The notes below the pieces were generated by a model that was not told the origin of the DNA, did no database searches, and saw only the letters and a program-made list of their open reading frames with translations. 64,000 nt of DNA from Carcharhinus longimanus (Eukaryota): assembly GCA_030264375.1 (NCBI GenBank), contig JASCQW010000128.1, positions 18,529,404-18,593,403 on the forward strand, written 5' to 3'. Position 1 is the stretch's first letter. Every line of letters starts with the position of its first letter. Positions 1-12,899 of the stretch are shown in pieces. The translations under genes were made by a program, and so were the position numbers.

Positions 1-1373
1 ACCTATCTGTCCACTCCACCAGCTTGTCTATGTCCTTTTTTGAAGTTCTATACCATGCTGTTCACAATTTGCAATTCAAGTTTTGCATCATCTAGAAACT
101 TTGAAGTTGTTCCCTGCACACCAAGATCTTGATCACTAATGCAAATCAGGAAAATACCGACCCTGAGGAACACCAGTACAAGCCTTCCTCCAGCCTGAAA
201 AAATCCGTTGACCATTATTCCTTGCTCCCCATTACTTTGCCAATTTTGTATCCACTGCAGTGATCCTTTTATTCCATGAGCAGTAAATTTTGTCACAAGT
301 CTGTCATGTGGCACTGTGCCTTTTGAAAATCCATGTAAACTACAGCAACATCATTACCATTATCGACCCTTTCTGTTACCTCCTTAAAGTCCAGCATGTT
401 AGTTAAATCATGATTTCCTCTTTGGAAATCCATGCTGGCTGTTTCTAATCAATCCACATTTTTCCATGTGATTATTAATTTTATCCCAAATAATTGTTTC
501 TAAAAGCTTTCCTGCACACAAAATTAAACTGTTCTGTAATTGCTGGAGCTATTCTTGCAACCATTTTTGAAGAAAGGTGTAGCGCTTGTAATTTTCCAGT
601 CCTCTGGCACGTCCCTTAAGTCTGAGAGAGATTATGGCCAGTGCCCCTGCAATTTCCACTCTGTCTTCCTTCAGTATCCTTGGATACATCTCATCTGGTC
701 CTGGTGTCTTGTCAACTTTTTAAGTACTGAGAGTTGATCTAACACTTCATCTTTATCAATTTTGAAGCCTTCCAGTGACAGTTTCCTCCTCTATCACCAT
801 GGCCTGGATAGCATCTACCTCCTTGGTAATGACATGCAAAGTATTCATTGAATACCTCAGCCATGCCCCCGCCTCTTTTAATTTCATTAAGCAGTTAATA
901 CAATATACACTTTCCTGGGTTTTAGATTCCTTTTTAGATCCCTAATTTACCCTTCATTTCCTCTTATAGGAGGCTTTGAATTCTCATTTATGTTAGCTAC
1001 CATTGTTTCCTGATAATCCCTTGTTGCTTCTCTAATATGCTTTTCACCTTCCTTCTGAACCGTGTCTTTTTCTCTTGATTTCTCAGTTGTATTTTCTGTC
1101 TAACACTTGCCATAAGTGCCCTTTTTCTCCTTTATCTTAGTATCTATCTAAATTTTCATTCAGGGACTCTGGATTTGTTAATGCTACTTTTCTCTCGTGA
1201 GGAAATATACCTTGAGTGTGCCTGAAACATTCCTTTTTTGAAGGTAACCCATTCTTCAGCTACAGGTTTTTCCTGCCAACCTTTGGTTCCAGTCTATCTG
1301 ACCTAACTCCATTCTTGCCCCATTGAAATTTGTTCTCCCCCAGTTACTTATTTTCTTTTGTCATCTTAGGTCT

Positions 1374-1470
1374 TAGAATCATAGAATCCCTACTGTGCAG
1401 AAGGAGGCCATTCAGCCCATCATGTCTGGATCGACCACAATCTCACCTGGGCCCTATTCCTTTATCCGCA
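1374..1470 (-). mobile_element. HE1-type SINE / CR1 3' tail fragment
   Basis: tagaatcatagaatccctactgtgcagaaggaggccattcagcccatc, the same tail as the full copies at 2663 and 32146. Confidence 0.8.
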
Positions 1471-1825
1471 AGTCTTGTGATACAATGATCACTTTCTCCT
1501 AAATGTTTCCCTATTGATCTTGACCTGCTTGGCCCACATCATTTCCACAGACTAAGTCCAAACAGTGCTTCCTTTCTTGTTGGACTGTTCACACACATTT
1601 TCCTGAACACGATGTAGCTGCACTTGTCCCTCTCTACGCTTTATGCTACCACTGTCCCAGTCTACATTTAGGTAATTAAAGTCCCCCATTAGAACTACTC
1701 TATAATGTTTGCATCCCTCTATAATTTCCCTGCAGATTTGTTCCCCTACATCTTTCTCATTCTAATACTTTTTTTTTGTTCCTTTAGCCAAATTGATTCT
1801 GTCCTTGAACTTTCTGGGACATCCT

Positions 1826-2005
1826 TCTTAATTTTTGCAAAGCCAATGCTAGATGGATCAGTGGACCCCAATCCATTCCTTTCTCCAAAAACAAAACTTA
1901 AATTCCAATTGAATTCAATTCAAGTGAGGCAAGTGAAATCTAAGTTGACCAAATAAGGCATTAAACCCCTTTTTGTGCTTGATCTCAGCCAAAAGGCCAA
2001 GAAGT
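1826..2005 (-). mobile_element. U2 snRNA-headed short retroposon (SINEU-like) with 8-bp TSD
   Basis: 1978-2007 reverse complement TCACTTCTTGGCCTTTTGGCTGAGATCAAG matches 27/30 to U2 nt 2-31; non-U2 body of ~150 bp; GACATCCT at 1818-1825 and 2006-2013. Confidence 0.75.
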
Positions 2006-2662
2006 GACATCCTCTTTCTCCAGCACTGCAATGCTTGCTTAAACAATACTGCTACCCTCCTTTTGTTTTACTTTCCTATCTTTTCTATTGGACCATTTTG
2101 TACTAGCTCGTCTGTTTGCCCTGTTTCATTTTAAATGAAACAACTACTTCCTGAGTCTGCCTATCTTGCCACTGTAACATTGACTTGGCTGACCCCATTG
2201 AGATTTTCATCTGTAACTTTTGGGATTAGATTTATCATAAAATAAATGAAGGGTTTCAAACCATTTCTTCTGGTGAACATTGTCCACCTAGATGCATGTA
2301 CTTTGTAGCCAATGGCCCCTAAACTTTCCATAGCCATGGTCTCCCTGAATAAAGAACTCTAGCCCAGTGCTCTCTTGTTACCCGCACTTGGAGAGCTTCG
2401 TATCCCAAAGCAACACAACACAGAGAATCCCACAAAGCATGGAGTCATCTTTCCCAGGATACATAAGCTGGAGAGTCATTGCTACAAGACTAATGAGACT
2501 GGCCAAGGAAACCCAGCTTCATCAGATGTCTGCAGGGTGTATGCTGGTGTCCCAGCACAAGCTCTTTATTTGGACTGGGATAAGGTACAGGGAAGGAGAG
2601 TTTTTGAGAACAATTTTTGTTGGCTTTTGTTTTATATTAAAAATGTTGCTAAAAGGTATTCT

Positions 2663-2954
2663 GAATCATAGAATCCATACAGTACAGAAAGAAGCCATTC
2701 AGCCCATAGAGCTGCACTGACAATCTCCAATCCAGGTTCTATCCCTGTAACCCCATACATTTTACCTTGCTGATCTCCATGACACTAAGGGGCAATTTAA
2801 CGTGGCCAATCCACCTAACCCGCACACCTTTTGGACTGTGGGAGGAAACCCACGTAGACACAGGGAGAAATGTGCAAACTGTGCACAGACCGTCAATCAA
2901 GACTGGAATTGAACCTGGTGCTGTGAGGCAGCAGTGCTAATGACTGTGCTGCCC
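2663..2954 (-). mobile_element. HE1-type V-SINE (tRNA-derived)
   Basis: Minus strand ttagcactgctgcctcacagcaccaggttcaattcc head, gggtttcctcccacagtccaaa V-domain, ...gattctatgattc tail. Confidence 0.9.
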
Positions 2955-2974
2955 TGAACTCCTGGCCGTTTTGG

Positions 2975-3950
2975 CCTTAAGTGTTCAATAAAATTACTGA
3001 TTGATCTACAGTTCTGACATGCCGCTGCAAGAAACTGCACCAGCCTCAGAAGACCAACATGGGACACGGAGGACAGAGTACCCATCTTCTCCAGAGCCTT
3101 CAACATGTCATTGAAGAAGATGAACATCTTGCCAAAGCCACTGCTACTACTTGCCTTCAAACAACTGCACCATCTCAAACAGACCATTGTCTGCAGCAAA
3201 CTACCCAGCCTTCAGGAGGACAGTGATCACGACGTAACACTGCCACAGCAATCTCTGCAAGATGTGCTGGATCATTGACACGGATGCCATCATCTTGTGT
3301 GAGAACACTATCCACCAGGTACACAGTGCATACACTTGCAACTCGGCCAACATTGTCTACCTGATGTGCTGCAGGAAAGGATGTCCCAAGGCATGGTACG
3401 TTGGGGAGATGATGCGGATGCTATGACAGCAGATGAATGAACACCACTCAACAATCACCAGGCAAGAGTGTTCGCTTCCTGTTGGAGAACACTTCAGCAG
3501 TCACAGATATTTGGCCTCTGATCTTCGGGTAAGCGTTCTCCAAGGCGGCCTTCATGGCATGACAATGCAGAGTCGCTGAGCAGAGACTGATAGTCAAGTT
3601 CCGCATACATGAGGACCGGGATGTTGGGTTCATGTCACACTATATGTAATCCCCATGACTTGCCTAGGCTTGCAAAATCTCACTAACTGACCTGGCTGGA
3701 GCCAATGCAGATCTCTTTAACCTGTGTTTAACCCTCTCTCCACTCTCTGTGTACCTTTTTAAGACCTGACGACCTGTAAGACTTGCATTCCAACCATTAT
3801 TTTGTAAATTGAGTTTGTATCTTTATATGCCCTGTTTGTGAACAGAACTCCCACTCACTTGACGAAGGGGCAGCACTCCGAAAATTAGTGGCTTATGCTA
3901 CCAAATAAACCTGTTGGACTTTAACCTGGTGTTGAGACTTCTTACTGTGT
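2975..3950 (+). mobile_element. Penelope-like element 3' portion: disrupted GIY-YIG endonuclease plus pLTR tail
   Basis: ~3330-3560 translates YTCNSANIVYLMCCRKGCPKAWYVGE..ML*QQMNEH...LPVGEHFSS; tail aaataaacctgttggactttaacctggtgttg. Confidence 0.88.
3851..3891 (+). ncRNA. Degenerate minimal hammerhead ribozyme in the Penelope pLTR
   Basis: ccactcac TTGACGA a gggg cagca ctcc GAAA attagtgg; core C3 is U and the stem III palindrome is altered. Confidence 0.6.
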
Positions 3951-4608
3951 TCATGCTTTTTTTTATCCAGGGAGAATCTTGTGTAGAATTTGAGCTAAAG
4001 GTGAAAATAGCTCCACCAGATTTTTGTCCTCACTGCTAACTTGAGGTAGCAACAGCCTAGTTTAAATTAAATCAATTTAGTCAAGTGACTGCACTGTAGA
4101 TACTTATGATTGTCTGTGATCTGGCTGAGTTTAATAAAGTGATTGCACAGATGGCTCCTCAGTAGAACCCTCGTTGCTCACTAGCTACTAAAGATACTGA
4201 ATACCCTACAAGTCCATGACTTCCAAATTCAGATCGGTGGAATGATTTTGTCCAAAGAGCATACGGTGGGCAGATTGGCAGCAGTTGTTATAATTGACAG
4301 TTCTAGAAAAGATGAGAAATGAATATCCAGTAGATGTGGTCCATTCATGTCATATTTAGTCCATGAATGATTCTATGAAAAAATTACTCTGAAAGTATGA
4401 GACTTGGAACATGTTAATTCTCTAGTCGAAAAGTCCTGTGGCATTTCAATAGCATAGGTTTAAGATGAGGTTCATCCTGTCTGGACTAGATTCGAGTTAG
4501 TTCTGGCATGAGGTGAAGAGAATATTCTTTGAAAATGTGACAATTATGGTCTTTTTTTTTAATGAAAGTGTTTCAGAATTTACCCTTGGTTTTCTTTCTT
4601 TTTCCCAG

Positions 4609-4722
4609 CCATAGACCTCTTGTATGGAGGTATATATTGTTTTATGTGTCAAGATTATATATATGATAAAGACATGGAACAAATTGCCAAAGAAGAACAA
4701 AGAAAAGCATGGAAGTTGCAAG
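4609..4722 (+). CDS. USP22: USP22 coding exon (human exon 3 equivalent), C-terminal part of the ZnF-UBP domain
   Basis: tttcccag|CC ATA GAC ... TTG CAA G|gtatgt; translates (A)[37 protein letters not shown](G); 114 nt, phase 1-1; this frame is absent from the ORF track. Confidence 0.96.
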
Positions 4723-5178
4723 GTATGTGATAGAATGTTTCAGTTCATTTTGGGGTGGGCTATATTGGGTATTTTCTGCTGGGGGAAACCTTGGGGAAAA
4801 CGGTCAGGAAGAATCAACCTGGTGGGGAAAAAAAAGAGAGTTATTGCAGCGCTCCTCTTAATGGTTTTCTTGTGCTTAGTTATGCTAATGAGAGAGACAG
4901 TTTGGCCCGTTGGAGCTCATTCCTCTTATTAAACGTTCAAGTTATAGTATCTAAGAAATGACAGCAAAATCAGAGGGATTTGGTGTGGAAATTTAGACAA
5001 TCCATATATATGGAAGTTGGCAAACAGGAGGCTGGTGAAAAGATCACTGGTATAATTAAATCTGGAGGTGACAAAAAGCATGGATGGTGATTTTTGTGGC
5101 AGAAAATTTGAGGTAAAATGATGCTGGATTTTTTTTTAGTGGAGGCAGATAATCTTTATGATAAAGAGGAGAGAGGCC

Positions 5179-6197
5179 TGTAATGACTCAGGAAATCTGA
5201 CTGGAAAGGGACACGGTTTTTGCATTCTGTAATAAACTACTACTGTGGTGTACACACTAGGACTACAGTTATCAGGGCAGCCTATACTCAACAAGCCTTG
5301 TGGAGATCAATCAGTGATTTCCCCATAGACCTCATGGGGTTTATCTCATTCCTTCCCCGCCCTCACTCCCGGTTCCCCCTTGCTCCCATGACAATGAGGC
5401 TGCCTTTGCCTCTTTGACGGATATATGAACACCTATTCTGCAAAGAGCCATTACAGGGAGCTCGTTCTTGGTTGCAACCTCTGACTGGTATCCACCGCCT
5501 CTGTCTTCATGTCCGAACCCAAATTTGCATTGCCCAGATGACTGGTTCTTGAATTTTTAAAGGGCGGAGTTTCCTGTTGACAGACAGTAACCCAAGGCTG
5601 GAATTGAACCCGGGTCCCTGGAACTGAGAGGCAGCAGTGCTAACCACTGAGTTGCTCACAGTTCTGCAGTCTCATCAATAATTCAGTGACCGGTTCACCA
5701 GGGAATTTAGTTGCCCTGTTAAACTTGTAGCTTGGCAATGTAACAGAAGGTTTAGGTTGTAGTGGTCTGATGCCATATCTAACAATTCGTCAAAAGACTT
5801 TGAATCTGGAGCTGCTGATTTAGGTTAAACTTTTTATGATGCTGATCCTCATGTATCCCTGGAAGAAAATATCACATTCGTTCGGCGTACTGGAGCCAAT
5901 TCTCTACCCCATATTCTAAGTTTCCAGTTTCTCAAACAGTGGCATTTTCAATATCTCCGTCACTGTCTTGCTGGGTTCATTGAAAGGCAAGGCTGTATAA
6001 AACTTTTCTTGTTCCTCATCGCCAATATAATGACTCGGAAAACTCGACTGGAAACAAACATTATTTTATTACTGAATGCAAATTAATGAGTTCCAGCTGG
6101 ACAGGCCACTGCATTTTACCAGGGGAACTTGTACTCAACAAGGCCCACAGGGAAATCAATCAGTGATTTTCCCCATGGACCTTTGGGGGTTATCACA
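5179..6197 (-). mobile_element. Internally deleted Gypsy LTR retrotransposon (~1 kb)
   Basis: Diverged direct repeats 5179-5348 and 6026-6197 (TG/TA...CA); PBS TGGCGATGAGG at 6024-6014; purine tract GAGGCGGGGAAGGAA at 5363-5349; gag remnants MPLFEKLET / VENWLQYAERM*YF / APDSKSFDELLDMASDHY. Confidence 0.82.
5580..5650 (-). mobile_element. HE1-type SINE 5' fragment inserted in the Gypsy remnant
   Basis: ggaattgaacccgggtccctggaactgagaggcagcagtgctaaccact (B and A boxes reversed). Confidence 0.8.
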
Positions 6198-6564
6198 GGG
6201 TCAGAAATATTCAGCTTGAGTTGAGCAAATTGTGAAGTTGCAAACAGTCGGGTTCAACCTAAGATGGTGGCTGTGGTGGAAGATGCATTCAGTTTTTATA
6301 CCAAGTTCGAAGATTGAATTTGGTTTTCTCATTGTTCAACTGAAGAAGTTAAGCCTTTTTATATGTCATGTTTTCTTTTTTTTTTCTAGCAAATGCTTTC
6401 TTCATAATCTTAAAGCTTTGAATCATACCAGTTATTTGTAACTTTCTAGTGTGCATGTGCTCTTNNNNNNNNNNNNNNNNNNNNNNNNNNNNNNNNNNNN
6501 NNNNNNNNNNNNNNNNNNNNNNNNNNNNNNNNNNNNNNNNNNNNNNNNNNNNNNNNNNNNNNNN

Positions 6565-6615
6565 CCCTGGAGTTGCGAGGCAGCGGTGCTAACCACTGTG
6601 GCACCGTGCCACCCA
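6565..6615 (-). mobile_element. HE1-type SINE 5' end abutting an assembly gap
   Basis: ccctggagttgcgaggcagcggtgctaaccactgtggcaccgtgcc. Confidence 0.75.
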
Positions 6616-7289
6616 CAATTATAAAAATATAAAAAGACGCATTTTGAAATCACCTTTGCTTTTTCTGCAGCAGATGGAGACCAACACCCTCCTCCTGCCC
6701 CCACAACATGGACTCCACCACCAGCCCCACCACTGATTTCTGTAGTATCGCTTATGTTTTACATACAGTCCACTGCCCCTCCAGCTGTGCCAATGCTTCA
6801 CATCAGTCAGGTGCCATCCATGAATAAGATCCTTTCATATTTATTGTTATGTTCATTTATGCATTATTCGGTTTTTTGCATTAAAACCTGCATGCCTTGT
6901 CTGAATCTGTGTATTTTCTCTTCTACTCATTACCTGCCATAACTTCGTGCTACCCACTAATTTAGTATTATTCAGAACATCATGATCCATATCAGTAGCA
7001 AATATTGTAAGCAGATCACTGTAGAATATAATTTCGTGACTTTTTTCCTAGGCAAACTATTTTTAATTATTTGTATACTTTTTCTTTTTTTTTTGCTTAA
7101 TTTATTTTCAATCAGTCAACTACAAGCTGAGTCTTAACTTACTACTCTTGTGTGCTGAGTTTCATTTCAAGTAAGCTGCATCTATTGGATTGCCCCTTTC
7201 AGCTACTTTAGCTGCTATAGATTTGTAGCATGTGCTTGAATGGCTGCTCTGTTATACATTTGCTCTTTTTACCTGTAAACTAAGACTTG

Positions 7290-7600
7290 CATTTTTAAAA
7301 TTTATTCTTTTGCAGGATATGGGCGCTGCTGGCTGAGCCAGCATTTTGTTACTCCTCCCTACTTCCTCCCTGAAGGTGGTGGTGAGCTGCTACCACCTTG
7401 AAGTGCTGCAGTCCAAGTAGTGTAGGTACACCAAAGTGGTGATAAGGAGGGGGTTTTAGGATTTTCATTCAGAGACAGTAAAGGAACAAAAGTTTCAATT
7501 TGGCATGGGGTGTGGGTTGGAGGGGATGGTGTCAATCTTCGAGTGTTGATAGAGCTGTACTCTTCCAGGCAGGTGGAGAGTATTCCATCACATTTTGAAC
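7290..7600 (-). mobile_element. 3' end of a second CR1/L2-group LINE family
   Basis: gggcgctgctggctgagccagcatttt...gaaggtggtggtgagctgc...tgtaggtacacc, reverse complement of the tail at 22500-22680. Confidence 0.7.
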
Positions 7601-8647
7601 AGTTTTTTATTTGTAGCTAATTGAATACACAGAACAAATAGATATCTAAAGCCTCTGGGGAAAAATCTGTCTCATTGTAGTGGATGAAGCAGAAGTGCTA
7701 CTATCCTGCTTGTAATGTCTGTGTATCAGACCATGTTTGAGCTGCTGCAGGACATAAGGTTTCCAAGAGATATTGGGTCCAGGTAGTAGGAAAGGATGGA
7801 AAAGGAATAAGGCTGTAAAAGCAGTAAGTGTATTCAAGGGAAATATAAGACGAGAGGGAATCAGACCTGCAGTGAAAGATCTCACTGGAAAGGTGCAGGT
7901 TCTAGCCCATGGTAAGTTATTTTGATTTAAATCTAATAATAGGTTGAAAAAGGGATGAAAAAGAAAAATGTGCATTTATATCTTGGGATGACCTAACTTT
8001 TTGTTTTCAAATGTAGTCGTGTAAAAATTTCAATTGAAGCATAATGCCAGCTACAAGATGTGTGCAGTAGGCATTTCCTTTTATTGGGACTGGCAGAGTG
8101 TCTGTCTGCCTGTCCTTCAAAATATCATGGAATGGGCTTGGATACTCTTGAACTAGCTTGTCTGCTGTGCACACAAAACTGCCAGAGTAATTTTAGATTG
8201 CCTGTTGTGTGATTGTGCATGGTATACAGGACAAAAACATAATTTGACTCACTCAGTCCACGCCTGTTTATGCTCCACTCAATCCTCCATCTTCTCTGCT
8301 AAATCTACCATTATTGCCATGTATTCCCTTTTTCTCTCATGCTTGTCTAGCTTCCCTTTAAATGCATCTATTTGCTTAGCCTCTATCCAGTGGTCTGAAG
8401 AGGGAATGATCTTGTGTTAGGCGAAATTGCTGATGCAACTTTCACAATTTTTAACATTTGAATACTGCAGTTTTAGCACAGTGTTCCATTTGTTAGATAT
8501 CAGCTCCCCAGAAAGAGAACTTCCTCTATGGTGTACTAGTGAAGATTTATGTGCATCCACCTTGAATTTTTTTTGCGCTTATAAAGAATTTGTGCATCAT
8601 TAAAACCGAATCTGATCATATGTCATTAAAATTGAAATCTCTCTTAG

Positions 8648-8749
8648 GGGTTGGTGAAAAGTATTCAACATGGGAACCAACAAAAAGAGAATTGGAATTA
8701 CTACGGCACAATCCCAAACGTAGGAAAATAACTACAAATTGTACCATCG
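8648..8749 (+). CDS. USP22: USP22 coding exon 4 (contains basic KRRK NLS-like motif)
   Basis: ctcttag|GG GTT GGT GAA ... ACC ATC G|gtaagt; (G)[33 protein letters not shown](G); 102 nt. Confidence 0.96.
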
Positions 8750-10219
8750 GTAAGTGAATTCAAGTTCTGGAAAGGCAGGGACCAGAAACTTTGGGTGGCA
8801 CTGACAATGGCTTGGTCAGTACAAAAGTTACATTTATAATAATGGCAGATTCAAAAATTTTTGTATGGTAATGTTATATGGTAGAAGCAAATCACTGTGT
8901 ATTTCAATCTTTGTCATTTTTTTTGTTGTTGCTTTTCCTGTGCATGGAATAATCCTTTATGATGGAAAAATCACCACCTAAGGACATGACATGAACCCAG
9001 TGACCATCCTGTATTTGGAATTGTATGAAAGCTTAGCTTTTTGTATTTTAAGCAACAGCCTTGATTCTTGCTCAGTGTCAGGAATTTGATATCCATCTCT
9101 CTTTTGTAACCATGGATTGTAATAGTATCAGAAAGCTTTATAAAATTTTGTTGAACTTGGCTTGTTTCAACTTGAGATATCCATTACTTGGTATCAAGCT
9201 GAATAATGTCCAATTGAAAGATAACACTAAAATGGGTTTACCGTCCTCCAGAATTGGAGACTTTGGCCAAAATCCTGGCCTTAATTTAGTTTGCTATTGA
9301 ACCTGATTTTAAAACATATGAACACGATCACCATTCTGGCTCTAATTGCAAATCCTGGAATCTTTGGGCAATCAGTTTTGGGATTTTGAGGTACTTGTGG
9401 TATTGGGACAAAGGAGTTTAGGGTTGTAAAGCCTAGTTTTTCCTCATCATCCACATTGCAGAAGTAAACCAGAAGGGAAGCAGACTTGAAATGCCACAAA
9501 ACTGAGAATCCCATAAATCTTGAAATAAACTTCATGTCAGTCAGTATCAGTAGAGAGTACAGGCAAGCTAAAGTTTTCGGTCAGAACAGTTCACGATGTT
9601 TCCAGGTTAGTGCTGTTAGTTACTGTTGTTCAGCTCGCAATAAGTCAGGGATTCTGCTATTGGGTTGATGTTTACTGAACTTTTTATGGACTGTTGCTGA
9701 ATAGAAAACCATATTACAGAGATAATGCAGTTCTGGAGTCTGCACGTGATCTAATCCCTGAAGGAACGAGTTTCTTTTCTGCTTTAATTTGACACCATGT
9801 GAAACATAACTCTAGAAATTACATACAGATCACAACACAAAAGGCTACTGAGACCATCCACAAATTGGATGGGCTGAATTGCCTATTTCCATATTTTTAT
9901 CATCCACAACAAGCTAGTCCCTAATCCCATGTGCTCGTTGGTTCTTCTCCCATTTCCTTAAACCACCTATCTAACTTGTTTTTCAGTACTGAATGACATG
10001 GTTTCTACTTGAATCATTGTCTCCATTAGTCCTAAAATTTCTTGCCAGATATAAAACCCATGGAAGTGAGTAAATTTGCCTGATTAACCGAATGTTTACA
10101 ATTTGCAAACTGTGTTACTATAATTGTTCATTGAATCATGGAATTTGCAACACATGGAATTTGGTCCACCTTGACTGCATGCTCTAGCTCTTCTACTGGA
10201 GCAATACCGTGTGAATTCA

Positions 10220-10590
10220 ATTTTTAAATTAACTTGGGGGATGAGGGCATTGCTGGCTAGGCCAGCATTTATTGTCCATCCCTAATTGTCCTTGACAAGG
10301 TGGTTGTGAGCTGCCTTATTGAACCACTGCAGTTCCTGTGGTGTAAGTACACCCATGGTGCTGTTAAGGAGGGCATTCCAAAATTTTGACCCACTACACT
10401 GAATAAACAGTGATATATTTCCAAGTCAGGATATTGAATGACTTGGAGGGGAACTTCCAGGTAATGGTGTTCCTATGTATCTGCTGCCTGTGTCCTTCTA
10501 GCTGGTAGTGGGTTTGCAAGATGCTGCTTTAGGAGCCTTGAGTTCCTGAAGTGCATCTTGCGGATGGTACTTACTGCTTGCCACCATTTC
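10220..10590 (-). mobile_element. 3' end of the second LINE family
   Basis: gctggctaggccagcatttattgtccatccctaattgtccttgacaaggtggttgtgagctgcc. Confidence 0.8.
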
Positions 10591-11639
10591 GTTATCGCTT
10601 TTTGCAACCTTTTACAGCTTTCTGCTTTGCATGCTTAAGACTTTGTATATTTACAAAAGCAATTTTGTAGTCTTTGCCTTGCCACCGATGACCACATGAG
10701 GTATTCTTCGAACAGTAAACAAAAGAAGAAGTTTGTTTATTTACTGTCACAAGTAGGTTTGCATTAACATTGCAGTGAAATAAACTTCATCACCCATAGC
10801 TGGGATTGTATTTTGCTGTATCGTTTTCCCAGAATTGTGCTTGGTTTGACTTCCATGGTGTGTGGCCTGCATATCATGGAGTGATGTTGTACCGGAAGGT
10901 CAAGAATTTATCACTATGTATCAATTTATCTTTCTTAGGAGTAAATCACACTAGCCCAGTAGCCCTGTAAATGGCGCATTGCCGTTAGAAAAATTTCCCC
11001 AGTGTGGCTCTTGCAATGAGTCATCAATTTCTACGATAAAATCGATGAACTTGGGTGGTGAGTGGTGTTTCTTATTGGACCACTTGTAACCTTCAATTAA
11101 CTGAAAATAAATAGTTTGAAGTCTCTTCTAATGCAAAGGGATATTGAAGAATCTGTTTTGCTTTAGTGTAGTTTGTGGCAGATATTCTCTGCCAACTACT
11201 TGTGCCATCACTGCCACAGGATGTTTGTTTTTGGTGAAAATGTTAAACACCAAAAGATGACTGATTTTCACAATTCATTTTTGATTGCGGTCTCTGCTTC
11301 CTTTATCTCCCCCGCCACACCAAGAATCAGAAGGGGAGAATCAGCTGTGGAACAGAGCAAGGGTATCGATTGAGCTTGTTCCAACCACTATGCTCACTCA
11401 CTATCATCTGTAATTCTTCCATTGTTTTATTCTCCTCAAAAATCAAACAATGACATTAATATCTCTAATTTGCAATCCATTTTCTGAAGATATTGATTCA
11501 TCTCCTTTTAAAGCATCAATTTTCTCCAGATCAATGACAGGAACAGACCAAAACACACACCCCCTGTGCCATCAGGGATGGAATATTCAAATTTCTCCCA
11601 TGCAAATAATTATAGTTGCTTGAAGCTTTTTTCACAATG

Positions 11640-12530
11640 TAGCCTTCTGAGCTTTGTATGTTGTACAAATAATTTTCCATAACCTCATTTTTTTAGATAG
11701 GAGTCTGAAACTTGTGAACCATGTTCTGAACCTGATTTCAACATTGATCAATAGTATTGGGGTAATTTTTGTTTGGTAACCTGATAATCTCCCAGATGCA
11801 TGCTAGTAGCCTATTTGCTGTATAAGTAACTGGTTCATGCCTGCCATATACACTGAGAATGTGATCAATGATCACTCCCAAATTCTTTTTGACTTTGTCC
11901 TTATGTTTCAGTTTGCATGCTATTGACCTTCAGAAAAAAGCCATGGGTTGAATTAAAAGATATGGCCCACTTTTTGGATGATTCGTACATACCAGTTTAT
12001 GACATTTGTCACTACACAATGATTCCCACTGTCTAATTCTTGCTTGGTTTTTAAAAAAAGTAATATATTTTTGAAAAAGTTCCATTTTTAACAAATCCCC
12101 AAAATCTGGTACATAGAAAAGTTTAAAAATCAATGCAATTAGTTCAGATTATTCATTGTAATCAGCACTTCACTGGACAGATAATGGAAGGATATTTCAG
12201 AAAGAGGGATGTTGGGCTAACAGGATAAAGCCACGGACACATGGCACTATGGTACATACCATCGTTTGTAGGATAATAGAGAAGGAGCAACAAAATATAT
12301 GGAAAAACCTGTAGAGTTAAATGCTCAAAGCAGAGCCTAAATTGGCATTCCCAAATATCTAGATAATGAAAGGATATCCGAAAGAGTGAGGAGACCAGGC
12401 TAATGGTCACAATCACCTGACATGCTCTGACAATGCCAACTCTTGCATACAGATAACAAAAACAGAGCTACATCATCTTATAGGAGTGGTTCAGATAATG
12501 TAGAGCCCAAGTTATTCTCAGTCTCCGCAG
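11640..12530 (-). mobile_element. Highly decayed CR1-like LINE fragment
   Basis: Residual RT-region patterns (gacatttgtc, tttttgaaaaagttcc, aaatcccc..aatctgg); weak. Confidence 0.45.
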
Positions 12531-12576
12531 ATAATTGGACTTTTTTCCCACCAGGGAAACCTTACTCATCCTTTAC

Positions 12577-12860
12577 ATAGACTTTCTACAGTGCCGAAGG
12601 AGGCCATTTGGCCCATCAAGCTTGCACCAACAACAGTCCCACCCAGGTCCTATCCCCACAACCCCAAGCACTTAACCTGCTAGTCTCCCTGACACTAAGG
12701 GGCAATTTGGATTGGCCAGTCCACCTAACCTGCACGTCTTTGAGATGTGGGAGGAAACCGGAGTACCCAGAGGAAATTCATGCAGACATGGGGAGAATGT
12801 GCAAACTGCACGCAGTCACAAGGCCAGAATCGAACCCGGGTCCCTGGTGCTCACCACTGT
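12577..12860 (-). mobile_element. HE1-type V-SINE
   Basis: catagactttctacagtgccgaaggaggccatttggccc...gtgggaggaaaccggagtaccc...gaatcgaacccgggtccctgg. Confidence 0.9.
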
Positions 12861-12899
12861 GCAATTGGGAAGAGTTGGATTAACTTCTGAGAACTACAA

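Larger units (their letters stand above)
1..2100 (-). mobile_element. Degenerate CR1-clade LINE (RT and endonuclease remnants), interrupted by later insertions
   Basis: ORF 48..314 gives PHDRLVTKFTAHGIKG..WIQNW..SKFLDDAK, typical CR1 RT motifs; many frameshifts. Confidence 0.85.

Noticed and set aside
1978-2007. Functional U2 snRNA gene
   Set aside because: Only the first ~30 nt match; the branch-point pairing region, Sm site and 3' stems are absent.
4624-4932. 102-aa ORF overlapping USP22 exon 3, and similar extended ORFs around exons 8, 12 and 13
   Set aside because: These are off-frame or intron-readthrough by-products; the splice-defined frame gives USP22.
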